64,000 bases of DNA from Solirubrobacteraceae bacterium (GCA_049522915.1 JBEKNK010000001.1:4052-68051), one strand, 5' to 3'. Positions 1-10,256 are shown, numbered from the stretch's first letter. Numbers and translations are program-made. The notes: a model not told the origin generated them from the sequence alone.

Positions 1-197
1 TCATATCGGCTGAAAAGCACCGCCACCGAGCGCCGCACGTGCCAGCGGACGAATGACCGATGCGCCCGCCGTCGTTATGACTAGCGAGCCTGCCACGAAC
101 CGGAGAGCGGCCACTCCGCTGCTGCCGCAACGCGAACCCAGCCCCAGCCTTCTGGCCACCCTCGCTCGTCACCGCAACGCCATGGCGGTTCCGGCTC

Positions 198-1118
198 CTA
201 TCGGCGGAGCTCGGCTCGTAGGCGGGCAGCGAGCTGCGCGGAAGCCTCGATCTCGACTTTGCGGATCGAGACGCTCTCGACGTTGAGCCCGAAGGGAACG
301 CCGACCCGCCGACAAAACGCGATCAGGTCGACGGCCGTCGCGACAGCTTGATCGTAGGACGCGCCGAGGGTATCGTCGGCATGGCGCAGATCGTTCTCGA
401 TCCAGCGCGGGACGTCGACACCAAGCCACTGCAGGAACTCCAGCGTCTTGACCGAGCCGCAGACCGAGAACGTGAAGACGATCGGCACCGGTTCCAGGTC
501 GCGGGCGGCGCACTCGTAGCGATAGTCAGACACAAAGTCCTTCGCAGCGTTGACGTCGTAGACGACCTGAGTAACGAAGAAGGAGCATCCCGCAGCCTGT
601 TTCGCGAGGATCCGGAGGTGCTCCTTGCCCGTGCGCGCGTGCCGCTCGGGGATCGCGACCCCGCCGAGCGGCAGCTCGGGCCGCACCTCGGTCCGGACCT
701 CGTAGGCCCGAAGTAGCGAGGTCGCAACCACCTTCTCGCGGGAGGAGGCACCAACGAAGACCGATAGGACTCGGGCCGGATCCTGCCCTTCGAGCCAGTG
801 ACGCAGTCCGTCCTCGGTGTACTTGCTGACCACGCGGTAGACGATGGCAGGCACCTCCAGATCCGCCAGGTCGCGGGCGAGGTACTCGGCCGGGTCCATC
901 GTCGGCAGAAACGGAAACGGCCGTTCGCCGGGATTGCGGTCGCTCTCGTCATCAATGTCGTAGATGACCAGTCCGTCGACCCCCACCGGCCGCAGTCGCT
1001 CAAGCGTGACCTCGGCAATCTCCCGGCTCTGCACTGGACCGGTCGTCAGCCGCGGCGGCGTCACGGCGAAGAGCAAGAACTCACCCGTTCGATCTACGAT
1101 GCGCCGCACCAGCTCCAC
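198..1118 (-). CDS. methylenetetrahydrofolate reductase (MTHFR/MetF) family protein
   Basis: 306-aa ORF with MTHFR-like TIM-barrel pattern (LLFAVTPPR, GCSFFVTQVVYD, PIVFTFSVCGS). GTG start with no obvious RBS, so the start is uncertain. Confidence 0.5.
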   Translation of the reverse strand: MELVRRIVDRTGEFLLFAVTPPRLTTGPVQSREIAEVTLERLRPVGVDGLVIYDIDDESDRNPGERPFPFLPTMDPAEYLARDLADLEVPAIVYRVVSKYTEDGLRHWLEGQDPARVLSVFVGASSREKVVATSLLRAYEVRTEVRPELPLGGVAIPERHARTGKEHLRILAKQAAGCSFFVTQVVYDVNAAKDFVSDYRYECAARDLEPVPIVFTFSVCGSVKTLEFLQWLGVDVPRWIENDLRHADDTLGASYDQAVATAVDLIAFCRRVGVPFGLNVESVSIRKVEIEASAQLAARLRAELRR

Positions 1119-1371
1119 GCGGCGGAACCGTAGCCGACCGCGTTGCGAGGGGAAAGCAGGAGGAATCGTTTGGGCACCAGTGCCCGGCGCGATAGCGCCC
1201 GGTAATTGCGGATCAATCGAACAGCCGCACGCCTGAGCGAATTCTCATCAGCCACCGCGAGAATGGCCTATCTCCGCGCGTATAGTCGGAGCCCAGTCAC
1301 CATGGCGATCCGAGACCGACACGGGGCGGCGGGCAGGCCACCGCGGGACCGCGAGCCGTTCGCACGGACCG

Positions 1372-2565
1372 ATGTTTGACCGTCGTGAACTCAGCGCGCG
1401 GCGCGCTGATCAGCTGCGACGGCTTCGCCGAAGGCGGATCCGTTTCGGGACGCTGGCTGCGTTGGTGCTGGCGGTCCTCTACTTCGGGATCTCCTACGCG
1501 AACTACATGCTCAAGCCGACGAGTGAAACCTTCTCCGAGCGCTCCGCGGAATGGGTACGCGACGACGTGCCCTTCGGCAATTGGATCATCGACACGGCCG
1601 AGCACTACACAGCGAGCACGCCCCGCAAGGGCGGCCCGGGGCTCAAGCGCCTGCCCAGCGTCGGGCTCAGTCTGCTACCGCCTCTGGTCACGCACGCCAA
1701 GCACGTCACCTACACGCCGCCACCGATCAAGCCGGTGTTCGCCACGCCGCTGCCCGGCGAGGGCGTGTGGCACCGGACGGGTCCGTCCGTTGATGGCCTG
1801 CCGCCGGTGCTCGTGACGACCTACCGGCCCAGCACGGAATACCCCTCCATCGTCGCTTACGTCCTTTGGATCGACCACACCCGCACCGACCTCGCCTACT
1901 ACCCCGGCCGCTATGAGCCACCGAGCGCGGTCGACCGGGGTCCGATGATGGTTCCTGTCGATCAGCGCTACCGGCTGCTCGCCACCTTCAACGGCGCCTT
2001 CACGCACGTTGACACCAATAACGGCTCTGCGGTCAACGGCCACACCAACGAGCCGCTGATTGATGGCAACGCCACGCTCGTCGGCTACCGCGACGGAACC
2101 GTGAACATCGTCAAGTGGACCGGCGGGCCGAACGCGCCGGCGACTGTCGCCTGGGCGCGCCAGAGCCTCACCCCGATCGTCTGGGACGGCAAGCCCAACC
2201 CCGAGCTGAACACCGACCCCAACAGCATCCAGTGGGGCTACACCCTGGGCGGCGTCACGTTCACCCCGCGCACCGCCGTCGGCATCGACGCCCACGGCAA
2301 CGCGATGTTCGTCGTCGCGTCAGAGGCGACTGTGATCTCGCTCGCCCAGATCCTCCAGCACATCGGCGCGGTTCGCGGGATGGAGTTCGACATCAACCCC
2401 GAATGGCACACAATGATCACCTACTCACACCGCAACGGCCTCGACCCAACGATGGTCGAGCCCCAGCCCCAGCAGTCCCCCGACCGCTACCTCACCCCCG
2501 ACGACCGCGACTTCATGGCGGTGTTCTCCAAGGTGCCCGGGCCGGTTACCGTCCCGTTCAAGTAG
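1372..2565 (+). CDS. membrane-anchored phosphodiester glycosidase family protein (DUF2233-like)
   Basis: 397 aa. N-terminal Arg-rich segment plus one TM helix (GTLAALVLAVLYFGISY). C-terminal FNGAFTH...NGSAVNG...AVGIDAHGNAMFVVASE...GMEFDINPEWH pattern. Confidence 0.6.
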   Translation: MFDRRELSARRADQLRRLRRRRIRFGTLAALVLAVLYFGISYANYMLKPTSETFSERSAEWVRDDVPFGNWIIDTAEHYTASTPRKGGPGLKRLPSVGLSLLPPLVTHAKHVTYTPPPIKPVFATPLPGEGVWHRTGPSVDGLPPVLVTTYRPSTEYPSIVAYVLWIDHTRTDLAYYPGRYEPPSAVDRGPMMVPVDQRYRLLATFNGAFTHVDTNNGSAVNGHTNEPLIDGNATLVGYRDGTVNIVKWTGGPNAPATVAWARQSLTPIVWDGKPNPELNTDPNSIQWGYTLGGVTFTPRTAVGIDAHGNAMFVVASEATVISLAQILQHIGAVRGMEFDINPEWHTMITYSHRNGLDPTMVEPQPQQSPDRYLTPDDRDFMAVFSKVPGPVTVPFK

Positions 2566-2772
2566 TCACTGCGCCGGACCGTCGGATTGGCCGCGCCTCG
2601 GGAGCGAGAGGCCACGGGTTCAGGTCCTGCCCGGCGGCCCGGAAGAATCACGACGACTGACCCAGTCGATCCCGAATCCTTGCCGGCCTCCGAGTCCGTG
2701 GAAGGCCCCGATTGAGCCCCCGACCGCTCGGACTGAATTTCGGCAACCTCGTCTCCCACGTGGCCATCCTCG

Positions 2773-3627
2773 ATGCTGCGGATCAGCCCATTTCGCTGCC
2801 GGGAGCGCGATTCACGATCTGCGATGATCGCGCGGATGTTGCGTCGAGGGTACAACCTTCTCGGACGACTGGCACGTGCGCAGCAAATACCGCGCCGTGG
2901 CCAGCTCGCGCACCTGCTCGTGCGTTATCCGACAACACTCACCTACCGAGATACCCTGGGCTTTGCGCGTCGTACGAGCCTCGGCGATATCTACGAGGCC
3001 TGCCTGTTCCTCGGGGTTGACCTGTTTCTCCTGCCACAAGCGGTCGTCGACCGGATTCCTGCTGGCTCTACAGCGGTTGATGCTGGAGCGCATATCGGCG
3101 TAGTATCCAGTCAACTCTGCCGAGCGGTCGGCCCACGCGGCATAGTGCACGCTATTGAGCCTTTGCCAGCCAACGTCGGTCGCCTGCGCGAGCTGAAGTC
3201 CGACAATGATCTGGACCGGCTCACGGTCTGGGAGTGTGCGCTGTCGGATGAAGATGGATCGGCCGTTCTCCAAACAACGGGTGCCGCAGATGGATCTCCA
3301 CACTCGTCGCTGACTGCGTCGTCGTACACCGGTGCGCCAATCCCGGTGGCGACCCGAGCTCTTGACAGCATCGTGTCGCACACCACGCGCGTGGGATTCA
3401 TGAAGATTGATGTCGAGGGTGCCGAGTCCCTCGTGCTTGACGGCGCGAATCGCATCATGACCAGCGATCGCCCCGTGGTGTTCTGCGAGTTCAACGAAAT
3501 ACATCTCCGGGACGCTGGATCTTCGTCGAATGAACTGTTGCGCAAGTTCGAAGATCTCGGGTACGACACAGCGCACGAGTACCCGCAGGCCGATGCCATC
3601 ACCGACCGCTTGCTCATACCTGCATAG
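2773..3627 (+). CDS. FkbM family SAM-dependent methyltransferase
   Basis: VDAGAHIGVVSSQL (SAM-binding G-rich loop) and MKIDVEGAESLVLDGA...VVFCEFNE signature. The true start may be downstream of 2773. Local GC is clearly lower than in the neighbours. Confidence 0.7.
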   Translation: MLRISPFRCRERDSRSAMIARMLRRGYNLLGRLARAQQIPRRGQLAHLLVRYPTTLTYRDTLGFARRTSLGDIYEACLFLGVDLFLLPQAVVDRIPAGSTAVDAGAHIGVVSSQLCRAVGPRGIVHAIEPLPANVGRLRELKSDNDLDRLTVWECALSDEDGSAVLQTTGAADGSPHSSLTASSYTGAPIPVATRALDSIVSHTTRVGFMKIDVEGAESLVLDGANRIMTSDRPVVFCEFNEIHLRDAGSSSNELLRKFEDLGYDTAHEYPQADAITDRLLIPA

Positions 3628-3696
3628 GGCGGCCCTGAGTGCAGGCGACTGCGCGGCACTTCGGGAGCGTCCCGAAGTGCCGCGTGCCGGAGCCGT

Positions 3697-4140
3697 CTAG
3701 ATGAAGGTGACGACGGGTGTGGTCGCGGTTGAGCCGGTGTAGTCGGTTGTGGTGGAGTAGCTGGCGCTGTAGTGGTTTGTGATGTAGAGCAGCGCCTGGT
3801 TGATCGGCGAGATCGCGCCGCCACGACTCCCGAGCCGATCCCGACGAACGGCTCAAACTCGACCAGCTGCGGCCAAGCCTCAAGGCTCGACGACGCCGCA
3901 ACCACCTTGTAGGAGCGCGTGACCGTCGTCGACTGGCCGTCCGCATCGGTCGCGGTCACCGAGAACGAATTCGAACCCGGCGTCGTCGTGTTGACAGCAC
4001 TCCCGCTTGGGACCGTCCCAGTGCAGCTGCTGAGCGTCGAACCGCCCCCCGCCGTGCACGAATAGCTCGCATCAACGACCTGGCCGTAGCTGTAGGTCGG
4101 CGTCCCCGACGGCGGCGTCACGAGCGCCACCGACGGCGGC
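3697..4140 (-). pseudogene. remnant of a secreted beta-rich (Ig-like) domain protein, frameshifted, no N-terminus
   Basis: One frame reads TPPSGTPTYSYGQVVDASYSCTAGGGSTLSSCTGTVPSGSAVNTTTPGSNSFSVTATDADGQSTTVTRSYKVV. Near 3825-3835 the plausible protein continues in another frame (AISPINQALLYITNHYSASYSTTTDYTGSTATTPVVTFI-stop at 3697). No start codon or signal peptide upstream. Confidence 0.4.
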
Positions 4141-4149
4141 AGCGCAACC

Positions 4150-5137
4150 ACACCGGCGAGGGATCGCCCGTCGGCAGAGCGCTGTTTCGCTCGTGACGGT
4201 GGGTCCAGTAGGGCTGCATCGACGAGGCGATCGTGCCGGTGGCCCAGTGGAGCGTGAGCGTGGAGAGCAGCAGCTCGCGGTCGAACGCGGGCTGGCCGTC
4301 GCTCGTCGTGCTGCTCCAGGCGGAGACCTTCTCGCCGATTCAAACAGCCAGGCCGGCGGGCGAGTCCGCGAGCGCGGCGGCGAGCGTCGACGGTTTGGTG
4401 GCCTGCACATGGGCGTAGCCGCCCTCCCCGGCGGCCCACGTCTCGATCTCGGCGAAGTGACGCTCCTCTGCACCACTCCACGGGCGGGGCGGCGGGGGCA
4501 GTCCCGGAGTCGCGAGATGGATCCCTGCGCGGGCTTCGGGATGCGCGCGGGCCACTCGCGCGGTGACGCTTGCGCCGAGATCGCTGCCGTGTCCGACGTA
4601 GCGCGAGTGACCGAGGACCTCCGTCATCAGGCGGTTCCAGAGCTCGGCGATCGCGCCGGCGCTGAGGCCCTCCGACGGCGGTGGCGCGGAGAAGCCAAAG
4701 CCTGGAAGCGACGGGGCGATCACCGTGAAGGAGTCCGCCGCGTCGCCACCGAACGCCGCGGGGTCGCCGAGCCGCTCGAAAACCGCGAGGTACTCGCAGA
4801 AGGACCCTGGCCAGCCGTGGGTCAGCAGCAGCGGCAGCGGATCCTCGCCCCGCCCGCGGACGCAGACGAAGTGAATGAGCTGGCCATCGATATCTACGCG
4901 AGCATGATCCAAACCGCGCAGCCTGGCCTCAAACCTCGTGGCGTCAAACGAACGCCAGTCCGCGAGCAGCTCGGCCAGCCATTTCCCGGGTACACCACGA
5001 CTCCAGCCGTCGGGCCCTGCCGGGGCGGCGCGCCATCGGGCGAGCCGGTTGCGAAGATCCTCCAGGGCACCACGATCCAGGATCGGCTCGAACACCTCGA
5101 TCGCCGCGTGTGTTGCCACCGGCCCAAAGGATCTCAC
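4150..5137 (-). pseudogene. epoxide hydrolase (N-terminal-domain type alpha/beta hydrolase), in-frame stop and 3' truncation
   Basis: Motifs IEVFEPILDRGALEDLRNRL, LLLTHGWPGSFCEY and GHGSDLGASV. An in-frame TGA at 4340-4342 sits where family members have Trp (LAV*IGEKVSAW), and the reading frame continues after it. The normal C-terminal third is missing. Confidence 0.6.
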
Positions 5138-5225
5138 GCGCGCGCCATCACGGATCCGGCGGCGATTGCACTCGTTGGCGGCGCGCCCGGCCGACGGACC
5201 GGGCGAGCCGTGTAGCGTTTTCCAC

Positions 5226-6551
5226 ATGAGACTTCGCTGCCCGACGCGCGCAATCGGCGTGACCCTGCTGGCCTTGGCCGCCGCTGTCGCGCTTCCGGGA
5301 TCGGCTTTCGCGGCCGGCGCCACGGCGACGGCGGGCGGTGGAACGGGCGCGAGCCGGGCGCATGCGGCGATCGTCGGCGGCGCTCCGGCGGCGAGCGGCA
5401 CGTTTCCGTGGCTCGCGCTGGTCGAGTACAACGAGGGCAACGGTGAGGCGCAGTACTGCACGGGCAGCGTGGTCGCATCGAACGTCGTTCTGACCGCAGG
5501 GCATTGCGTCGCCAACATCGACACCGGCGTGACCCTGCCGGCGAGCAACTTCACCGTCTTCACGGGCAACGTCGATTGGACGGCCCCGGGCGAGCAATCC
5601 TCGGCCGTGACGACCGTGCTGGCATACCCTGGCTACGTTCCATCCACGGGGTACGGGGACGCCGGGCTGCTCGTGCTGGCAACGCCCAGCAGCGCGCCGG
5701 CGATACCGCTCGCGACCGCGGCGGACGCGAACTTCATCGCCGAGGGAAACGCGCTCACGATCACCGGCTGGGGCGCGACGTCCGCCGGGGGCGGGCTGAT
5801 GACGGCGCTCCAGACCGGCATCATCGGGACGCAGAGCCCGGGCTATTGCGAGAGCCAGGACGGTGCCGACAGCCTCGCCTTCGACCCGACCGCGGAGTTC
5901 TGCGCGATCGACCCGACGAACTACGCGATCGGCACCTGCCACGGCGACAGCGGCGGGCCCGCGACGGTGGCACCGACGCCCGGCTCCGTGCTCGAGGTCG
6001 GGATCGCCAGCCGCGCCGACGCATACTGCAAGACGACGGTGCCCGACATCTTCACCCGCGTGGATCTGGTGTCCGGCTGGGTTGAGAACGAGATCGCTGC
6101 CGTCGCGCCGCCGCCGCAACCTTCCAGCCCAACCTCAACGACAACACCCACGAGCCCGTCGGCAGCCGCCGCGACCACGCCGCCGGCGCCCGCGGCGGGA
6201 AAGTACCTGGGGACGACCGGCCAGCGTGACGGTCACGTCTACGCGACCGTGGGGGCGACCGGAGTCACGCGCATCAATGTGCGCGTCACCCTCCGCTGCG
6301 GGCGTCAACTGCGCGGGCCGCTGACGAGCACGGAGCTGTTCCCCGACGCGGCCCCGCTGACACGGTCGGGCAGCCTGTGGCGCTTCTCCGCCGCCTATCG
6401 GGACCCCGCGGGCCGCCGTTACACGCTCAGCGGCGCCTTCCCCGCGGCGGGTGTGAGCGCGTATGCGACCGGCACGCTGAAGGTGACCACCAGGAACGGC
6501 GGTTGCAGCAGCGGAAGCCTGCGCTGGTCCGCACCCTCCCCGCCCTCCTAG
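5226..6551 (+). CDS. secreted trypsin-like serine protease (S1 family) with C-terminal unknown domain
   Basis: Signal peptide MRLRCPTRAIGVTLLALAAAVALPGSAFA. Motifs IVGG, TAGHC and CHGDSGGP. A P/S/T linker is followed by a ~120-aa extra domain. Confidence 0.85.
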   Translation: MRLRCPTRAIGVTLLALAAAVALPGSAFAAGATATAGGGTGASRAHAAIVGGAPAASGTFPWLALVEYNEGNGEAQYCTGSVVASNVVLTAGHCVANIDTGVTLPASNFTVFTGNVDWTAPGEQSSAVTTVLAYPGYVPSTGYGDAGLLVLATPSSAPAIPLATAADANFIAEGNALTITGWGATSAGGGLMTALQTGIIGTQSPGYCESQDGADSLAFDPTAEFCAIDPTNYAIGTCHGDSGGPATVAPTPGSVLEVGIASRADAYCKTTVPDIFTRVDLVSGWVENEIAAVAPPPQPSSPTSTTTPTSPSAAAATTPPAPAAGKYLGTTGQRDGHVYATVGATGVTRINVRVTLRCGRQLRGPLTSTELFPDAAPLTRSGSLWRFSAAYRDPAGRRYTLSGAFPAAGVSAYATGTLKVTTRNGGCSSGSLRWSAPSPPS

Positions 6552-6557
6552 CCCCGA

Positions 6558-7247
6558 CTAGCAGCCGTCGGCCGCGCACGAGTCGCCGACGGCGAGTACC
6601 GGCTCGCCGGGGCGGCGGGCGTCCCATCCCTGTCGCAGGAACGCGAGCAGCTCGGACGGGGGCTGTGCGCCGGAAACGCCGAACGCCCGGTCAATGACGA
6701 ACGTTGGAACCGCGGTGATCCCGAGGGCAGCCGCCGTCTGCTCGTCGTCGCGGACCTCGGCGGCGTAGCGCTCGCCGCCAAGCGCGGCGCGGGCGTCTTC
6801 CTCGTCAAGGCCGACCTCGCCGGCCAGGCGAGCGAGCGTCTCCTGGTCGCTCATCAGCTCACCCTCGGTGAAGTACGCGCGCAGGAGCCGCTCCTTCATC
6901 GCGTCTCCAAGATCGTGCTGCTCGGCGAGATGAATGAGCCGATGGGCATCGAACGTCGTTCCGGACCGTGCGATGTCGAAACGGAACCGCAGCCCCTCGG
7001 CGGCGGCCGTGTCGACCATGCGCTGCTCCATCGCGCGAGCCTGCTCGACGGTCGTGCCGTACTTCGCCGCGATGCGGGCGGCGCGGTCACCCTTAACCGC
7101 GGCCGGAGCCGACGGGTCCAGCTCAAAGCTCCGCCAGATCACCTGAACGTCGTCGCGATGCTCGAAGCCGGCGAGCGCCTGCTCGAAGCGGCGCTTTCCG
7201 ACGTAGCACCACGGGCAGGCGACGTCCGACCAGATCTCAACGAGCAT
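6558..7247 (-). CDS. DsbA/FrnE-family thiol:disulfide oxidoreductase
   Basis: MLVEIWSDVACPWCYVGKRRF (CPWC active site) and the overall FrnE-like pattern. No signal peptide. Confidence 0.85.
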   Translation of the reverse strand: MLVEIWSDVACPWCYVGKRRFEQALAGFEHRDDVQVIWRSFELDPSAPAAVKGDRAARIAAKYGTTVEQARAMEQRMVDTAAAEGLRFRFDIARSGTTFDAHRLIHLAEQHDLGDAMKERLLRAYFTEGELMSDQETLARLAGEVGLDEEDARAALGGERYAAEVRDDEQTAAALGITAVPTFVIDRAFGVSGAQPPSELLAFLRQGWDARRPGEPVLAVGDSCAADGC

Positions 7248-7395
7248 CCACCCAGTCTAGCGACGCCGGTTGGCGGCTTCCGGGTCTTCGAGGACGCCGG
7301 CGAAGCCGGCGCGCAAACGCGCCCGGCTTCGCCCTCGATGACGCAGGCGGGGGACGCCGCGTCACGCGGCCCCAGCGCACGGCGACCGGCGCGGC

Positions 7396-7785
7396 TCAGC
7401 CGACGAACGACCTGATGTCGCCCGCGAGCTTGCTCTCGATCTCGAAGTTCCAGGCTGTTTCGGCCACGTCGACGACGAGGAAGAGTTCCCCGAGCAGCAG
7501 CGTCTCGATGACCGCGACCTCGAGATGCTCGGCCCACTTGCCGATGCCGATGCGCACCGTGAAGTCGGCGGGCGTCCCGCTGATCGTGATCGTCAGTGCG
7601 CGATTGGCGTCGATGACACCCTGCAGGAAGCCGCCCTTCTTGGCCTGGATGACGACACCCTGGTCGCTCGGCGCCGAGCTCTGGGTCTTGAACCCGTCGC
7701 CCTTGAGGTACTCCTCGATGTGCGATTGCAGGGCCGCCAGATCGGTGCCCTTGCCCTCGAAATGCTCCTCTTTGTCTCCAATCAT
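7396..7785 (-). CDS. hypothetical protein
   Basis: 129 aa from an ATG preceded by GGAGGAG. Balanced amino-acid composition. No family recognised. Confidence 0.45.
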   Translation of the reverse strand: MIGDKEEHFEGKGTDLAALQSHIEEYLKGDGFKTQSSAPSDQGVVIQAKKGGFLQGVIDANRALTITISGTPADFTVRIGIGKWAEHLEVAVIETLLLGELFLVVDVAETAWNFEIESKLAGDIRSFVG

Positions 7786-7983
7786 GCTGGTCTCCTCCGG
7801 GGTGTCGTTGTTGGTCGTCCACCCAGCGAGCGCGACCGTTGAGCGGGGTGCGATGCAACTCCGCCGGCGAGCGAACATGGCCGGCGCGTCGAGGTTAGCG
7901 CGACGGCGCGAGCATCGAAGGTCTCGGCGCTGCCTTGCTGAGCGACTCGCACGGGTGAGCGAGTCGCCGTCAGCCGAGCCGCT

Positions 7984-8352
7984 TCAGCGCTCCTTGGTCC
8001 AGCCGTCGCGGCCGGCGTGCCCGCCGAGGCGCGCGGAGAGGTGCTTCCAGCCGCTTGGCTTGGCACCAGGCTCATGGTCGTGAAAAACAGGTGCAGCGCC
8101 GTGGGGCACGGGAAGCGTGGCGGCCTGCGCCGCGTCGATCGACAGGTCGACCCCGTGTTCGTGCAGCGACGCGATCTGATCGGCCGCAACGAAGCGGCGG
8201 TCCTTGCCGTCCGCCATCACGATGCCGTGGAAGATGTCCTGTTCGGGCGCCGCGACGACGTGGTCGACGGTGCCGAGCATCTCGCCGCCTGACGCGTAGA
8301 CGGGCACGTTGCGCTCGAGCACCTGGTAGGCGATCGGGAAGCCCTCGTCCAT
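7984..8352 (-). CDS. PRC-barrel-like small protein
   Basis: 122 aa. VPVYASGGEMLGTVDHVV...IFHGIVM pattern resembles PRC-barrel / DUF2171 proteins. Confidence 0.45.
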   Translation of the reverse strand: MDEGFPIAYQVLERNVPVYASGGEMLGTVDHVVAAPEQDIFHGIVMADGKDRRFVAADQIASLHEHGVDLSIDAAQAATLPVPHGAAPVFHDHEPGAKPSGWKHLSARLGGHAGRDGWTKER

Positions 8353-8447
8353 CGACTCAGCTTAGGGCCTGGCTCGCCGCCGCGTCGCACGCATTGCTCG
8401 GGCGATCAGGCAATCGCGGCGCGCTGCGGTAGCGTGCCGCGCCAGCC

Positions 8448-10256
8448 GTGGCTCGCGGACCCCGCCAGCACCGTTTGCGAATCCTCGCGCCCGCGCTGTG
8501 CGCGGCGTGCGCCGCCCTCGCTCTGAGTGTCGTCGGCCAGAGCGGGGCGAGCGCCGGCCCCGTGCCCACCCCCGCGCTGACGGTCTCGCCGCTGCCAGGG
8601 ACGCCGGACGCGTCGAGCACTACGCAGATCAGCTTCCTCGGCGGCCCCGGCACGCACGTGAGCGACGTGGCGGTGCGCGGATCGCTCAGCGGTCGCCATG
8701 GCGGCAGGCTCGAGGCCTATTCGACCGGCACCGGCGAGAGCTTCCTGCCGAGCCGCCCGTTCGCGCCCGGGGAGCGGGTCGCCGTGAGCGCGCGCGTGCG
8801 CCGCGGAACGACCGCCTGGCAGGCCGTTTCGACGCACTTTCGCGTCGCGGTCCAGGCGCCGGTCAGCCAGGCCCAGTTCCCCCCCGACCCGGGCGATCCG
8901 GCCGACGTGCAGCACTACCTCTCGGCGCCGGCCCTCGCCCCCTCCACGGTCAGCGTCACAAGCGCGGCCGCGGTCGGCGCCACGCCCGGGGACTTCTTCC
9001 TCGCGCCCTACCAGGGTGCGGGCACGGCGGGCCCGATGATCGTCGATCAGTCCGGCGGGCTGATCTGGTTTCACCCGCTCGCCGCGGGTCTCGTGGCGAC
9101 CGATTTCCGGATGCAGTCCTACGACGGGCGCAGCGTGCTGACGTGGTGGCAGGGACGGATCCTGAAACTCGGCTTCGGGCAGGGCAGGGATGAGATCTAC
9201 GACAGCTCCTATCGGCCGATCGCGCAGGTGGCGGCCGGCAACGGTTACGCCGCCGACCTGCACCAGTTTCTGCTGACGCGCAGCGGAACCGCCTGGATCG
9301 ATGCCGTGGATCCCGTCGAGGTCGACCTCGCTCGCCAGGGAGGTGCCGTCCATGGCGTGGTGAGCGACTCGATCGTGCAAGAGATCGACGTGCGAACCGG
9401 GCTAGTGATGTGGGAGTGGCATGCGCTCGGTCACATCCCGCTCCTTGACTCCTACGCCCCCGCGCCCCATGACGCCACGCCCTGGTACTACGCCCACATC
9501 AACTCAATCGATCCCTCGCACCCCGGTCAGCTGCTGATCTCGGCCCGCAATACCTGGACGATCTACGACGTCAACCTGCACACCGGGTCGATCCTCTGGC
9601 GCCTCGGCGGCAGGCGTTCGAGTTTCGCGCTCGGCCCGGGCACCGCGTTCCACTACCAGCACGACGCCGCCTGGCAACCCGGGGGCCGCGTCTCCGTGTT
9701 CGACAACGGCGGCGGCGAGGAGAGGCAGTCGCGGGGGCTGCTGCTGGCGCCCGACCTGGCGAGGCGGCGGGTGACGCTCGTCAAGGCGTTCATCGACCCC
9801 AATGCGACGCTGCGCAGCGATAGTCAGGGCGACCTGCTGCGACTGGCGGGCGGAAACTGGCTGATGGGCTACGGCGGGCTGCCGAACTTCACGGAGTTCA
9901 ACGCCGCCGGGCAGGTGCTGCTGGACGCGACGCTCGGACCAGGCGTCCAGGACTACCGGACCTATCTCGCGAACTGGAGCGCCACGCCCAGCTCGAGGCC
10001 GGCGATCGCCGCGCAGGCCGGCGCGGGCGGAGCGCTGAGCATCGAGGCGAGTTGGAACGGCGCGACGGCGGTGAGCGATTGGGAGGTGCTCGCCGGCTCC
10101 TCGGCGAGCTCTATGAGCGTCGTCGCGACGGTCCCCAAGCAGGGGTTTGAGACCTCGATCAACGTGGCCGCAGAGGCACCGGTGGTCGCGGTCTCTGCGC
10201 TCGGCGGGGGCGGCCAGGTGCTCGGCACCTCCGCGGCGATCTCACCTAGCGGCTGA
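8448..10256 (+). CDS. secreted arylsulfotransferase (ASST) family protein
   Basis: 602 aa with an N-terminal signal-like segment. Beta-propeller-type ASST pattern (LTWWQG, GYAADLHQF, VMWEWHALGHIPL, YAHINSID). Confidence 0.65.
   Translation: MARGPRQHRLRILAPALCAACAALALSVVGQSGASAGPVPTPALTVSPLPGTPDASSTTQISFLGGPGTHVSDVAVRGSLSGRHGGRLEAYSTGTGESFLPSRPFAPGERVAVSARVRRGTTAWQAVSTHFRVAVQAPVSQAQFPPDPGDPADVQHYLSAPALAPSTVSVTSAAAVGATPGDFFLAPYQGAGTAGPMIVDQSGGLIWFHPLAAGLVATDFRMQSYDGRSVLTWWQGRILKLGFGQGRDEIYDSSYRPIAQVAAGNGYAADLHQFLLTRSGTAWIDAVDPVEVDLARQGGAVHGVVSDSIVQEIDVRTGLVMWEWHALGHIPLLDSYAPAPHDATPWYYAHINSIDPSHPGQLLISARNTWTIYDVNLHTGSILWRLGGRRSSFALGPGTAFHYQHDAAWQPGGRVSVFDNGGGEERQSRGLLLAPDLARRRVTLVKAFIDPNATLRSDSQGDLLRLAGGNWLMGYGGLPNFTEFNAAGQVLLDATLGPGVQDYRTYLANWSATPSSRPAIAAQAGAGGALSIEASWNGATAVSDWEVLAGSSASSMSVVATVPKQGFETSINVAAEAPVVAVSALGGGGQVLGTSAAISPSG

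Noticed and set aside
1119-1371. Possible SAM or THF riboswitch in the leader of the MTHFR-like gene.
   Set aside because: Several hairpins are present (ATTCTC...GAGAAT, GGGCA-CCAG-TGCCC). None of the conserved SAM-I, SAM-IV or THF core sequences could be matched by eye.
4340-4342. In-frame TGA as selenocysteine or programmed read-through.
   Set aside because: The codon replaces a conserved Trp (a single TGG-to-TGA change). I saw no SECIS-like hairpin immediately downstream, and the gene is also 3'-truncated. A pseudogene or sequencing error is more parsimonious.
3111-4481. 456-aa minus-strand ORF treated as one gene.
   Set aside because: It is a chimera. Its 3' part is antisense to the FkbM methyltransferase, its middle is the Ig-like remnant, and its 5' part is an out-of-frame read of the epoxide-hydrolase remnant.
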